Shown here: in pieces, positions 50,201-64,000 of the stretch
Layout: the number at the start of each line of letters is the position of its first letter
Numbering within the stretch: the stretch's first letter is position 1
Assembly: GCF_006345805.1 (NCBI RefSeq)
Contig: NC_043011.1
Span: forward strand, 15,760,464 to 15,824,463
Length of the DNA: 64,000 nt
From: Octopus sinensis
Taxonomy: Eukaryota
Direction: 5' to 3'
The notes under the pieces: generated by a model
The model's input: the letters and a program-made list of their open reading frames with translations, nothing else
What the model was told of the DNA's origin: nothing
The model's database searches: none
Program-made: the position numbers and the translations under genes

Positions 50201-51179
50201 CCACTACACTGTGTAGTCGACAAAATCAAAAGCAAACACACGCCCATGCGCGAAATAAAAAAATATCAAATGACAACAATCTACCTATCGATCTATATAC
50301 ACTACAGCACACACACACACACACACAGACACACACCACATACCTCTATAAATTGTTTATATATATACATAGATGTGGTCTGTCTGACATTTTCACTTAC
50401 ATAAGAGTGAATAGAACTCCAAATGATGTATAAGCATTTTTGTGTGAACTTTGATAGCAACTTAGCATCACTTGTCATACCACCTACTCACACACATACC
50501 CGCAGGAAAGGCCACATTCAACACACAAACAAACAAACACACGTACCGCATATTAAACTGAAGTGAGCGAAGAATTTTACTGAAGTCTTGCAATTATGTT
50601 ACGATTAAAATCAGGATCAGTTCTGTGCTACAGCTTGTTGACTTAATTGCAGTTTATTTCTGATAGAAATTTAATATGAAATACAGAAAAACAAGCTGAG
50701 TTTGTCAATCAACTACCATGTCATTTTGACATATTATTGACGTTTATTTATTCAAATAAATTCCTCAAAATCGTACAAATCCTACGAGAATGCAATAAAT
50801 GTCATTTATTTTCGGGAAAATAAATTTCACTTTGGAATATATTAGAATTTTCACTCGTCATACAACGTACTCCCACACATACTCGCAGGAAGTGCACACA
50901 TTCAAACACAAACAACACAATGTTGTAGCTTCCACCTGGTATTTCCTAGCGTAAATAGGCGATAATCGAAGTAACGTTTAATTGAAGCGTTCACGAATTA
51001 TGAACCGCACAATTATTTGTGAATTATTATAGTACCCTTATTTCGTTTTATTACTGCATTTGCATTAACATGTGTGCATGTATATCAGTATTAAGTTGTA
51101 TTTCAAGATTTCTCGTCAATAGAGAAAGATCCGGTTTCTAACCCAGATCTAAGGCTCCGTGATGGAATTTCAATATCTA

Positions 51180-51520
51180 CATGGTATTTTTGCATGCATG
51201 AATGTATGTATGTTTGTATGTATGTATGTATGTATGTGTATATATATATATGTGTATGTATGTTTGTATCTATGTACGTATGCATGTATGTATGTGTATA
51301 TGTATGCATGTATGTATGTATATATGTATGTGTGTATGTATGTATGTGTGTATGTATGTATGTGTGTGTATGTATGTATGTATGTATGTTGTATGTATGT
51401 ATGTATGTGTGTGTGTATGTATGTATGTATGTTGTATGTATGCATGCATGTGTGTATGTATGCATGTGTGTATGTATGTATGTATGTATGTATGTATAGT
51501 ATGTATGTATGTATGCATGG
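51180..51520. repeat. (ATGT)n microsatellite
   Basis: Directly visible. Confidence 0.95.
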
Positions 51521-51534
51521 TGTGTAAATGTGTA

Positions 51535-51990
51535 TGCAGGCGTCACTGTGCCCAAAGAAATTTGCTTCCGAAGCATATAGTTCTGGGTTTAGTCCCACTG
51601 CAGGATATCTTAGGTCAGTGTCTTCTACTGTAGCCTCGGGCCGACCAAGGCTTGTGTTTGATTTGGTGAACGAAAACTGAAAACACATACACACACAAAC
51701 ACACCACACACACATATATATACGTGTATGTGTGTATCCGTGCGTGTTTGCGTGAGTGCCTGTGTGTGCGTTTCGTGTATTATTGTCTGTTTGTTTGTTC
51801 TCCACCGTTGCCTGCCAACCGCTGGAGGTCTATTTATGTCCATGTAACTTAGAGGTTCGGTAAAAGAATTCGATAGAATAAACGCCAGACTTAAAAGAAT
51901 TCCCGGGTCGATTCGTTCGACTAAAAAACTTTTTTCGAGGTGATACTCCAGCATGGCCGCTGTCCAAATGACTGAAGCAAATAAAGAAAT
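51535..51990 (+). mobile_element. Diverged full-length SINE family A
   Basis: Head, CCCACTGC, TGTCTTCTACTGTAGCCTCGGGCCGACCAA and 3' CCAGCATGGCCGC...AAATGACTGAAGCAAATAAA motifs. Confidence 0.85.
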
Positions 51991-52087
51991 GTATGTATGC
52001 GTGCATGTATTTACTTGTATATATTGACAAGTGCACGCTATGCTCACATACCATTATCTCACGTGCATGCATAATTATATTCGTGCG

Positions 52088-52120
<33 letters not shown>

Positions 52121-52121
<1 letters not shown>

Positions 52122-52294
52122 CGCAGGAGTAGCTGGGTGGTAAGTAGCTTGCTTACCAAGCACTTGGCTCCGAGTTCAGTCCCACTGCGTGGCACCTTCG
52201 GCAAGTGTCTTCTACTATAGCCTCGGGCCGACCAAAGCCTTGTGAGTGGATGGTAGACGGAACTGAAAGAAGCCCTCGTAATATATATATAATC

Positions 52295-52328
<34 letters not shown>

Positions 52329-52560
52329 CGTGTGTGTGTGTGTGTGTGGTGTATGTGTGTGTGTGTGCGTGTATGTTTGTGTGTCTGTGTTTGTTCCCCC
52401 TATCACTGCTTGACACCGATACTGGTGTTTATGTCCCCGTCACTTAGCGGTTCGCCAAAGGGACCGATAGAATAAGTCCGGGGTCGAGTTGCTCGATTAA
52501 AGGCGGTGCTTCAGCAGGGCCGCAGTCAAATGACTGAAACAAGTAAAAGAGTAAAAAAGA
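52121..52560 (+). mobile_element. Full-length SINE family A
   Basis: Matches 24292-24695 in the opposite orientation. Confidence 0.92.
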
Positions 52561-52697
52561 GATATATATATATATATATTATATATATATACATATATAT
52601 ATATAGTATCTACATACAGTATATATATATATATATATACACATATATATATATATATATATAATATATATATATATATATCTTTATAGATACTCTA

Positions 52698-52780
<83 letters not shown>

Positions 52781-53524
52781 TAATACGTCTCTGTCTCCAT
52801 CATTTTCCCACTGGAATTCAGTTCTCCTTATCATAAATAGATACCAAGTTTGGGCTATATATAGTATACTTATAGGAGAAGTAATATAAAATGACGCTTA
52901 CTGGAAATTTCGCTTGAACATATGTACATCTCTATATGTGAAGAGTAAGTTATACAACAGAAATTCTGTATCGAATAACGCAGAATAAAATACGACGGAA
53001 ATATTTTTGAAGTGATTTTTAACTTCAAAGATGTGAGTAGATACTTTTGTAGATTTATCTCAATACTTACATTAGTATGCGTTTGTTCTTTATAAAATCA
53101 TAAATATAAATTATGTAGATTTAGTAAATTAAATTTCGATGGGTATATTGAATAGGAGCTGTATTTCTACCCAACAGACACATACATATGGGTAGTCGCG
53201 CATGAAGCTGTTAAGAATTATATACACGCGCTCGCGCACGCATACACACACAAATATATACAACACACACGGAAAAACATTAGATACACATATAAACAAA
53301 GACACTGACACAATCATGCATGCACTTAGATATTACCTACTCCTTCACACATACAGAACTCAGATACACACGTACATGTATAATGCATACATACACAAAT
53401 ACATGCATTCATACGTGCGTTCATATTCTGTAGATGTTGCTGAAATTCCAATGAAGGTGCCGCGGATCTAGGTCGGAAACCGACCCTTTTTCTATTGAGA
53501 AGAAATCTGAAATGAAACTGAACA

Positions 53525-54060
53525 ATGACATACATACATGCATACATGCATAAAACATACATACATACATAATGCATACATGCATACATACGTAAACACA
53601 TACATACATAAATACGACATACACCACATACACATACTACATACCCACTACATACATGCAAGCATGCTTATATACATACATGCATACATACATGCATACT
53701 TGCATACGTACAAAGATATATGATTACTTACACATACATACATACTGAAAGACAGACAAAAGACAGACCGTCATATGTACATGCATGCTTGCATACATAC
53801 ATACATAGATACATACATACATACACACATGCATACATACATAAATACGTACGTACATACATTCATACATACATACATACACACATACATACATAGATAC
53901 GTACATACATTCATGCATACATACATATATACACCCATAATATACATAAATACGTACGTACATACATTCATACATACATACACACACATACATACATACA
54001 TACATACATACATACATACATACATACATACATACATACACACATACATACATACATATA
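53525..54060. repeat. (CATA)n-rich microsatellite
   Basis: Directly visible. Confidence 0.95.
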
Positions 54061-54351
54061 CAACCTCCTGAGAATGATTTGCTTCTGAGTCAGGACGAGC
54101 AAAAGAATACCACAAACCGCTCTAATTCCAAGCAATTATAATGTCCTAGCAATGCTCCCTGGCGTTGCGTGGGTGTTTCGATCTACAAGCACACTGTCGT
54201 AATTTTGATCCTTCCTCATGGGCAGAATTGCACGCGAGGAGTATGAAAGTAAACAACTCTTCTTTAAAGACATGTTTTTCGGTCATTTTCTGATGTACAA
54301 CGCTGCAGTTTCTTCTTCCAATAAATTCAGTCACAAGTTCCTGGTTAGCTA

Positions 54352-54446
54352 GGTTATAGAAGAACACACTTTCCCAAGGTACCATGCAGGGGGACTGAAG
54401 TGGAACCATGTTGGTTGGGAAGCAGCTTCTCAACCACACGGTCATT
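54352..54446 (-). mobile_element. SINE family A, 5' fragment, degenerate
   Basis: CACTTTCCCAAGGTACCATGCAGGGGGACTGAA...AACCATGT.GGTTGGGAAGCAGCTT is the inverse of the family A head. Confidence 0.6.
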
Positions 54447-55149
54447 GTTTTACCTAATATATATATGTGCGTGTTTACGCACACGCACATGCACGCACCC
54501 ACGCAAATGCACGCACACGCAAATACACGCACATCCATTGCCTTTATATGTGCGTATGTGTACTGGTGTGTGTGTCATTGTCGAAGTCGTTCATGCAACC
54601 TGTTTGTGTTATATTGGCTTAGTGGTACGTGCTTACAAACTGCGAAGGTGCAAGTTTCGAGTACTTGTCGGTAAATTTTTTTTTTTTCCCTCGTGTTCTA
54701 ATAGTAATTACCCAACTTTCTAGGCTCTTCTCACAGCTTCCTGCTTTCAAAATTATACGGGTATTTAAAAAAAATTTCATTCAATATATAATGATTTTTA
54801 CATTACGTATACATTAATAGAATAAATTGCTGGTTTTCCAATTAGCGAATGAAAATTTAAAGAGAAAGTGAGAGACTTAAAAAAGAAAATGGAATACTCC
54901 ACGCAGTAAATGCAATGAATATTTAAATTTGCGAGAAATTGGAGTTGAAAACATGCAATAACTGAGAATCGAATTATAGGAATTTTCCTTAGAACATCAG
55001 GGTATCGGTCATTGTGTGGTAACCGCACATACTGCATCACTGATGTGCACCATGACAGCGACAAGAGCGCTCCATAGCCTCATACGTATTACTAACCTTC
55101 TTTGTTGCTGAGTTCAGTTTTCTTTCTATGATCGAACACAATAGTAGCG

Positions 55150-55444
55150 CGAGGCACATGGCCTAGTGGTCAGAGCAGCGGATTCGCGGTCCGAGGGATC
55201 GCGGGTTCGAATCTCAAACCGGACGATGTTGTGTTTATGAGCGAAACACGTAGCTCCACGCTGCTCCGGCAGAAGGTACGGCGTACTTCTGCTGACTCTT
55301 TCGCCATAACTTTCTCTCACTCTTTCCTCCTGCATCTTGCAGCTCACCTGCGACGGACCGGCGTACCGTCAAGGTGGGGAACCTATACGCCAATGAAACC
55401 AGAAACCGGCCATTATAACAGGCGTGGCTCGAGAAGGAACAAAC
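55150..55444 (+). mobile_element. SINE family C (duplicate of 44957-45256)
   Basis: Alignment; carries several 1-bp indels relative to copy 1. Confidence 0.9.
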
Positions 55445-55835
55445 ATCGAACACAATATTGAGAATCAATTCAATCTCATTTACTTTGATTTCTATCATAA
55501 TTAATGGCAACAGATCGAATTTGTCACTGAACATAATTCCTGTATAGATCTAGTTTCAAAATGACGGTAATACATGAAATAGACTGAATGACATTTGCCT
55601 GTACCTTTCTGCTATGAAATTGTTTGTTGTAAAACAGGTCATGCAATATTTAGTGGGTAGCCTTCATGAAAACGTTTTCACAGATACAGAAGTAGATCAT
55701 TTAAATGGTTTACTGAAATATTTTAGTTACTGAAAATATATCAATTTATTTAACAGCTATTTTCATTGGTGTTTTTGTTTTTTTAACGTGCCATCACGTT
55801 TTTTGTGTAGACGTCTTTGTTTACGAAACTTTCTA

Positions 55836-56068
55836 AGGCGGCGAGCTGGCGGAAACGTTAGCACGCCGGGCGAAATACTTAGCCGTATTTCGTCTGCCGT
55901 TACGTTCTGAGTTCAAATTCCGCCGAGGTCGACTTTGCCTTTCATCCTTTCGGGGTCGATAAATTAAGTACCAGTTACGCAGTGGGGTCGATGTAATCGA
56001 CTTAACCCGTTTGTCTGTCCTTGTTTCTCCTCTCTGTGTTTAGCCCCTTGTGGGTAGTAAAGAAATAG
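55836..56068 (+). mobile_element. SINE family B (duplicate of 45651-45882)
   Basis: Alignment, with the same TSD. Confidence 0.9.
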
Positions 56069-57607
56069 TATTTGTTTACGAAATTTTATAACTTACTATG
56101 TTGGCTGTGAATTCTATGGAGATAATCTTAAATACACGTACGCACATATGTATGTGTGCGCGCGTGCGTGTGTGTGTGTATGTACGTGTGTTTACGTGTG
56201 TATACTTACAAGTCAAAATTCCTGCACAGCCAAATTCTACGAAAATGGTAAGAAGCAACACGGTCGTTTTTACTGTAGAAGCCACTTTACAACAGAATCC
56301 AATTCAGAACAAATTGTCTTTGAAGTTTACCTCATTTTGGTGGATTAATATGAAATACAAAACTAACACTTCAAAATGATATATAAAGATCACACTCGTA
56401 GATTACCGCTGGAAGAGTCATTTAATGAAACAAGAAATCAATAAATTTTCAATATAGTTATGTAGCAAATGTTCTCATTCATATTCTTCATATTATTTTT
56501 TGTGTTCCCCATAACGCATTAAATATTCATGCTACTCATTTCTACCGAATTTCAAAATACAATTTTATTTTAAAGCGATATTCAGCCGGGTAAATTTGAT
56601 ATAGTTATGGATTTTATTCCCCTCGTACAATATTTTTCCGTGCTAATTTCAATTTCCGAACATTTCAGGCTCACCGAAAATACTTTACAATTGTTATTTG
56701 AATTCCCTGTAATTGTTGTTTCAGCCATTTATTAATATCAGCCATTCACATATGTAAATATAATACGAGAGAAAAAAAAGAAGCTTATTTTAATAATACA
56801 GAAATAATACATAGAGACTTGGGGTATATAATTTTATTTCTTCCTGTTTCAATTGTAGTAAAGAAGACGGCTCGTACATTTCATGAACTTTAAAGCAAAT
56901 AATGTGAAGATAACGAACTGCAAGAATAAGCAAATGTGAAATAATAAATTCTATATCTAAAGGCACAATTTATCAGTATAGTTATTTGTCGTATTCGTCT
57001 CAGAGTTTATCTCATGTTAACATAGAGAGAAAATTGCGAAAAGGAAATTTAAATTAAAGACTACAAATATTGTTTTCTACTCTTGAACAAATGCAACAAT
57101 ACGTTATACGGAGCGTACATAATAACTGTTTAATAAAACATTTATCGACAGATGTTTCCAGTTAGCAACATCGGTCCGCTCTCAATACGAAATCAATAAA
57201 CATGTTGATGGTCTTTTTTTTTTCAGACTCTTCAAATAAGCAACCAGCGTCATGAAGTAGAAATAAAGCGTCTAATGAGATGCTTCCCGACAGTGCAAAT
57301 GCAAATTTTGATGTTGTGAAATTTGCCAAGTGAAGTTAAATTGGTTCAATGGAGGATCTATTCAGCAGAATCACTTGCCTGATTATCGTATTTGAAGACA
57401 TTGCTGTTCAAATAAGGTCCAATAAAATTAAGTAAGAAGAAAAATATAGATTATCTCATCGATTGACAATAAATCCAATAAATGTATTGTCCAATAAATT
57501 CAATGTTACTCTATATACATATGCATACTTATGTATATAAATATGACATATACATACTACATGTTTATATATATATGCATATACTACACACACATAATAC
57601 ACAAAGA

Positions 57608-57783
57608 GGCGTAGGTGTGGCTATGTCGTAAGAAGCTTGCTTACCAACCACATGGTTCCGGGTTAAGTCCCACTGCGTGGCACTTTGGGAGAGTGTCTTC
57701 TACTATAGCTTCGGGCCGAACAAAGGTTTGTGAGTGCATTTGGTAGACGGAAACTGAAAGAAGCCCGACGTATATATGTATAC

Positions 57784-57785
<2 letters not shown>
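57608..57785 (+). mobile_element. SINE family A, 5' half (duplicate of 47416-47590)
   Basis: Alignment. Confidence 0.85.
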
Positions 57786-57832
<47 letters not shown>

Positions 57833-57943
57833 TTAAAAATGGGATAAAATCTTTATAAGAATTTATCAAGTAGTTAGTGTGAAAAACCTCATAAGAGAAA
57901 ACATCCACCAATTTTTTTCACTTAAACATATATATTTATATTA

Positions 57944-58098
57944 TATAGAGGAAATTACTAAACATCAATGCCACACGCTAGGAGGGACTCTTAAAGTCAA
58001 AACTACCAAAATTTATTTTATTTATTCATTTATTTATTTTGGTAGTTCCTCTTTAAGAGTCCCTCCTAGCGTGTGGCATTTATGTATAGTAATGCCCT

Positions 58099-58103
<5 letters not shown>
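57944..58103. repeat. Fold-back inverted repeat (duplicate of 47784-47940)
   Basis: Alignment; same inverted arms. Confidence 0.85.
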
Positions 58104-58150
<47 letters not shown>

Positions 58151-59155
58151 GAGTCTCCTACAACAGCATGTCGTCCATATCTTATGGGGAGCAGGCGATG
58201 CATATTCTGCTTGTCCAAGAAGGCAAGGATACTATGCGAGAATAGTCCTGTTGAAGACTTGGAATTCCCAGCTTGCTGACGAGTGAAAAGTTATCGGACA
58301 TAAACTGACACTTTCGGACACACCAGGAACCAGTTGAACGGAAATAGCAACATTTCATCCAGAAGGGGGTTTTGGCTTTGAAGTATTTCGTTTAACGTTT
58401 TTACTTTTCACTACTACTGCTAGAGTAGACAGTATTCTTATCTACATTAATAAAGAGGTTATGCGCCCCAGGCCAGCAGGTCTGAGGAATCATCTATATT
58501 ATTAGGAGCAATAACAGATGTAAAACCAATGCTATATTTCTGACCCGGCCGCCTATGATCAACGATTAACTTAAATCTTTTATAGTATGCGAATTTTCGG
58601 ACCAATGAACAACTGACCAAAATATACATACATACATACATTCATACACACACACACATAGTGCTTCTGTGTGTGCATGTTTCTTAGAGTCATTAGTAAA
58701 TATATAGACCAGCACACGTTTTATTTATTCAGGAAGTGTAATATGGAGATTCAAGATAAATCGTTAGTTCCAAGGCAAGAATAAAAGGCAAGATAAAACA
58801 TCAATAAAGATAATGAAATTATGTTCCATACAAACCATTCGGTTTGTATTGAATCTCTGCCTAACTACAAACGGAATAATTCCCTACCAGCTGTCACGTC
58901 TTCTTGCATCATTGGAAGATGATAGAAGCAAACTATTCTGCTTGCACCAACTAGCTACATTTGATCACCCACCTGACAAATAGCATTAAGGCAATGGTTA
59001 AAGAAGATTACATGATATACATTAATAGACAAATGCCCATGGAAAAAATATTCCTCCAGAACATAGACACAGATCGCCACCCAAATGGTATATGTATGAG
59101 TGTTTTTGTGTATATGTTTATATACACTATATATATATATGTATATAAATATATA

Positions 59156-59195
<40 letters not shown>

Positions 59196-59444
59196 CTCAC
59201 CCACACACACACACGCACACACACATATTTATATATATATATATGTAAATATAAGTATATATATATGAATAAAATATACACATACTATGTTAGATATGTA
59301 CCAGCATTTACTTGTTCTGACCCAGTCTGATAGGGCACAGAAAGTGTGTCAATAGCCAGCTGGAGGAGGTATCCTCCTGGGCCTACACGTTACAATACCA
59401 TCCACCCTTAAGGGTTAGCGACATTTATGTGGCAAATATACTTC

Positions 59445-59500
<56 letters not shown>

Positions 59501-59526
59501 CATGTATGTATGTATGTATGTATGTA

Positions 59527-60330
59527 TCGGGTGCGGTGAATAAACTCTCGTCTAAATTACATAGAAAATGAAAATAACACTGATATCGCATGTTAACAGA
59601 TATATTTACCAAAATTCTATAAAAATCTTGAAATACTAGAGAATAAATTTATACAATAAAATCGCCATTGGCTTCAACCACACCCTCCACACAACTTCGG
59701 CATCTCATGCAACTCTTCTGGGCGGTCTCTTGCTTTAAGTTGGTAAATACTGCCGTTTTCCTAAACTTCAGTTCATCTCTGTTGTTACCAGGAGTTTAGT
59801 TGGTCTCTTGCTTAATTGTGCCCACAAATAATAATCAGGGAGGTTGTAGTCTGTGGAGCTAGGTGGCCAGATGTTAGGCATGATGTGGTCGTGGAAATTG
59901 TCTGACAGTCATGACAGGGTTCACCTTGCGTGGCATGTTGCAGAGTACTGTTGCCAGAATAGGTTCTTCTGGCAGCCACCCTTTTGACCCAGGTCAGCAT
60001 TACCTAATCTAGGGACATATGTAGGCATCTGATGTTGAGTCTGATGCTTTGTAGGAAGATGAATGATGATATAATATCGCCATCACTAGTGATCATTCAA
60101 AATACCATGAAAATGACTGGATGTTTGATTTTTATCACACTCGGTACATGTTCTCAGATTGCATTATCTTCAGATTGACATCCAAACACTCTGAAATATT
60201 CGTGTTGGAGTTTCCAGCGCAAATACAAAGCAGTACAGCATGTCATTTCTGAATTTCTGACAGAGTTAATTGTGTCATGGTGCTATTTTCCTCACAGACG
60301 GTACCCAACTGATCCCACTACACTGTGTAG
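59527..60330 (-). mobile_element. DD37D/maT-like transposon relic (duplicate of 49418-50200)
   Basis: Alignment; ORF 59812-60000 LTWVKRVAARR. Confidence 0.75.
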
Positions 60331-61643
60331 TCGACAAAATCAAAAGCAAACAACGCCCATGCGCGAAATAAAAAAATATCAAATGACAACAATCTACCTA
60401 TCGATCTATATACACGCACACACACACACACACAGACACACACACACATACCTCTATAAATATGTTTATATATATACATAGATGTAGGTCTGTCTGACAT
60501 TTTCACTTACATAAGAGTGAATAGAACTCCAAAATGATGTATAAGCATTTTTGTGTGAACTTTGATAGCAACTTAGCATCACTTGTCATACCACCTACTC
60601 ACACACATACCCGCAGGAAAGTGCACACATTCAAACACAAACACACGTACACGCATATTAAAACTGAAGTGAGCGGAAGAATTTTACTGAAGTCTTGCAA
60701 TTATGTTACGATTAAAATCAGGATCAGTTCTGTGCTACAGCTTGTTGACTTTAATTGCAGTTTATTTCTGATAGAAATTTAAATATGAAATATACAGAAC
60801 AAGCTGAGTTTGTCAATCAACTACCATGTCATTTTGACATATTATTGACGTTTATTTATTCAAATAAATTCCATCAAAATCGTACAAATCCTACGAGAAT
60901 GCAATAAATGTCATTTATTTTCGGGAAAATAAATTTCACTTTGGAATATATTAGAATTTTCACTCGTCATACAACGTACTCCCACACATACTCGCAGGAA
61001 AGTGCACACATTCAAACACAAACACACAATGTTGTAGCTTCCACCTGGTTATTTCCTAGCGTAAATAGGCGATAATCGAAGTAACGTTTAATTGAAGCGT
61101 TCACGAATTATGAACCGCACAATTATTTGTGAATTATTAATAGTACCCTTATTTCGTTTTATTACTGCATTTGCATTAACATGTGTGCATGTATATCAGT
61201 ATTAAGTTGTATTTCAAGATTTCTCGTCAATAGAGAAAGATCCGGTTTCTAACCCAGATCTAAGGCTCCGTGATGGAATTTCAATATCTACATGGTATTT
61301 TTGCATGCATGAATGTATGTATGTTTGTATGTATGTATGTATGTATGTGTATATATATATATGTGTATGTATGTTTGTATCTATGTACGTATGCATGTAT
61401 GTATGTGTATATGTATGCATGTATGTATGTATATATGTATGTGTGTATGTATGTATGTGTGTATGTATGTATGTGTGTGTATGTATGTATGTATGTATGT
61501 TGTATGTATGTATGTATGTGTGTGTGTATGTATGTATGTATGTTGTATGTATGCATGCATGTGTGTATGTATGCATGTGTGTATGTATGTATGTATGTAT
61601 GTATGTATATATGTATGTATGTATGCATGTGTGTAAATGTGTA

Positions 61644-62097
61644 TGCAGGCGTCACTGTGCCCAAAGAAATTTGCTTCCGAAGCATATAGTTCTGGGTTTA
61701 GTCCCACTGCAGGATATCTTAGGTCAGTGTCTTCTACTGTAGCCTCGGGCCGACCAAAGGCTTGTGAGTTGATTTGGTGAACGAAAACTGAAAACACATA
61801 CACACACAAACACACACACACACACATATATATACGTGTATGTGTGTATCCGTGCGTGTTTGCGTGAGTGCCTGTGTGTGCGTTTTCGTGTATTATTGTC
61901 TGTGTTTGTTCTCCACCGTTGCCTGCCAACCGCTGGAGGTCTATTTATGTCCATGTAACTTAGAGGTTCGGTAAAAGAATTCGATAGAATAAACGCCAGA
62001 CTTAAAAGAATTCCCGGGGTCGATTCGTTCGACTAAAACTTTTTTCGAGGTGATACTCCAGCATGGCCGCTGTCCAAATGACTGAAGCAAATAAAGA
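61644..62097 (+). mobile_element. SINE family A (duplicate of 51535-51990)
   Basis: Alignment. Confidence 0.85.
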
Positions 62098-62198
62098 AAT
62101 GTATGTATGCGTGCATGTATTTACTTGTATATATTGACAAGTGCACGCTATGCTCACATACACATTATCTCACGTGCATGCATAATTATATTCGTGCG

Positions 62199-62229
<31 letters not shown>

Positions 62230-62230
<1 letters not shown>

Positions 62231-62390
62231 CGCAGGAGTAGCTGTGTGGTAAGTAGCTTGCTTACCAAGCACTTGGCTCCGAGTTCAGTCCCACTGCGTG
62301 GCACCTTCGGCAAGTGTCTTCTACTATAGCCTCGGGCCGACCAAAGCCTTGTGAGTGGATTGGTAGACGGAAACTGAAAGAAGCCCGTCG

Positions 62391-62469
<79 letters not shown>

Positions 62470-62672
62470 TGTGTGTGCGTGTATGTTTGTGTGTCTGTGT
62501 TTGTTCCCCCTATCACTGCTTGACAACCGATACTGGTGTGTTTATGTCCCCGTCACTTAGCGGTTCGGCCAAAGGGACCGATAGAATAAGTCCCGGGGTC
62601 GAGTTGCTCGATTAAAGGCGGTGCTTCAGCAGGGCCGCAGTCAAATGACTGAAACAAGTAAAAGAGTAAAAG

Positions 62673-62673
<1 letters not shown>
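62230..62673 (+). mobile_element. SINE family A (duplicate of 52121-52560)
   Basis: Alignment; closer to the family consensus than copy 1. Confidence 0.92.
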
Positions 62674-62705
<32 letters not shown>

Positions 62706-62734
62706 ACATATATATATATATCTACATACAGTAT

Positions 62735-62907
<173 letters not shown>

Positions 62908-64000
62908 TATATACGTCTCTGTCTCCATCATTTTCCCACTGGAATTCAGTTCTCCTTATTCATAAATAGATACCAAGTTTGGGCTATATATAGTATACTA
63001 TAGAGGAGAAGTAATATAAATGACGCTTACTGGAAATTTCGCTTGAAAATATGTACATCTCTATATGTGAAGAGTAAGTTATACAACAGAAATTCTGTAT
63101 CGAATAACGCAGAATAAAATACGGAAATTTTTTGAAGTGATTTTTAACTTCAAAGATGTGAGTAGATACTTTTGTAGATTTATCTCAATACTTACATTAG
63201 TATGCTGTTTGTTCTTTATAAAATCATAAATATAAATTATGTAGATTTAGTAAATTAAATTTCGATGGGTATATTGAATAAGGAGCTGATATTTCTACCC
63301 AAGCAGACACATACATATGGGTAGTCGCGCATGAAGCTGTTAAGAATTATATACACGCGCTCGCGCACGCATACACACACAAATATATACAAACACACAC
63401 GGAAAAACATTAGATACACATATAAACAAAGACACTGACACAATCATGCATGCACTTATATATTACCTCTCCTTCACACATACAGAACTCAGATACACAC
63501 GTACATGTATAATGCATACATACACAAATACATGCATTCATACGTGCGTTCATATTCTGTAGATGTTGCTGAAATTCCAATGAAGGTGCCGCGGATCTAG
63601 GTCGGAAACCGACCCTTTTTCTATTGAGAAGAAATCTTGAAATGAAACTGAACAATGACATACATACATGCATACATGCATAAAAACATACATACATACA
63701 TAATGCATACATGCATACATACGTAAACACATACATACATAAATACGGACATACACACATACACATACATACATACACACATACATACATGCAAGCATGC
63801 TTATATACATACATGCATACATACATGCATACTTGCATACGTACAAAGATATATGATTACTTACATACATACATACATACTGAAAGACAGACAGAAAGAC
63901 AGACCGTCATATGTACATGCATGCTTGCATACATACATACATAGATACATACATACATACACACATGCATACATACATAAATACGTACGTACATACATTC

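Larger units (their letters stand above)
44803..53864 (+). repeat. Copy 1 of the ~10.2-kb tandem duplication
   Basis: Colinear with 54993-64000 from AACATCAGGGTATCGGTC onward; offset 10190 at the start and 10136 at the window end. Confidence 0.97.

Overview
AT-rich eukaryotic non-coding DNA (intronic or intergenic), dominated by microsatellites and transposon relics. The SINE repertoire looks like cephalopod (Octopus-type) genomic DNA; this is recognition from memory, not a database result. No host protein-coding gene could be supported, and almost all long ORFs in the supplied track are microsatellite read-throughs. Recognisable elements: one full-length but pseudogenised mariner (3004-4293); several mariner and DD37D/maT-like fragments; CR1/L2-like and RTE LINE fragments; three or more tRNA-derived SINE families; two non-autonomous Helitrons; and MITEs. 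The last ~19 kb is a ~10.2-kb tandem duplication whose error pattern suggests an assembly artefact. The most interesting signal is a set of short elements, most next to (TA)n arrays and most forming fold-back (inverted) duplications. Two of these families carry minimal type I hammerhead-ribozyme folds with palindromic stem III and non-canonical cores: a G3-C8 swapped core at 35805-35853, and a U.U-closed long stem II at 5507-5594 and 30668-30754. In two families the fold-back junction lies at or near the predicted self-cleavage site. This suggests a Penelope-like/retrozyme-type retroposition system. The ribozyme calls are manual folds and are untested.
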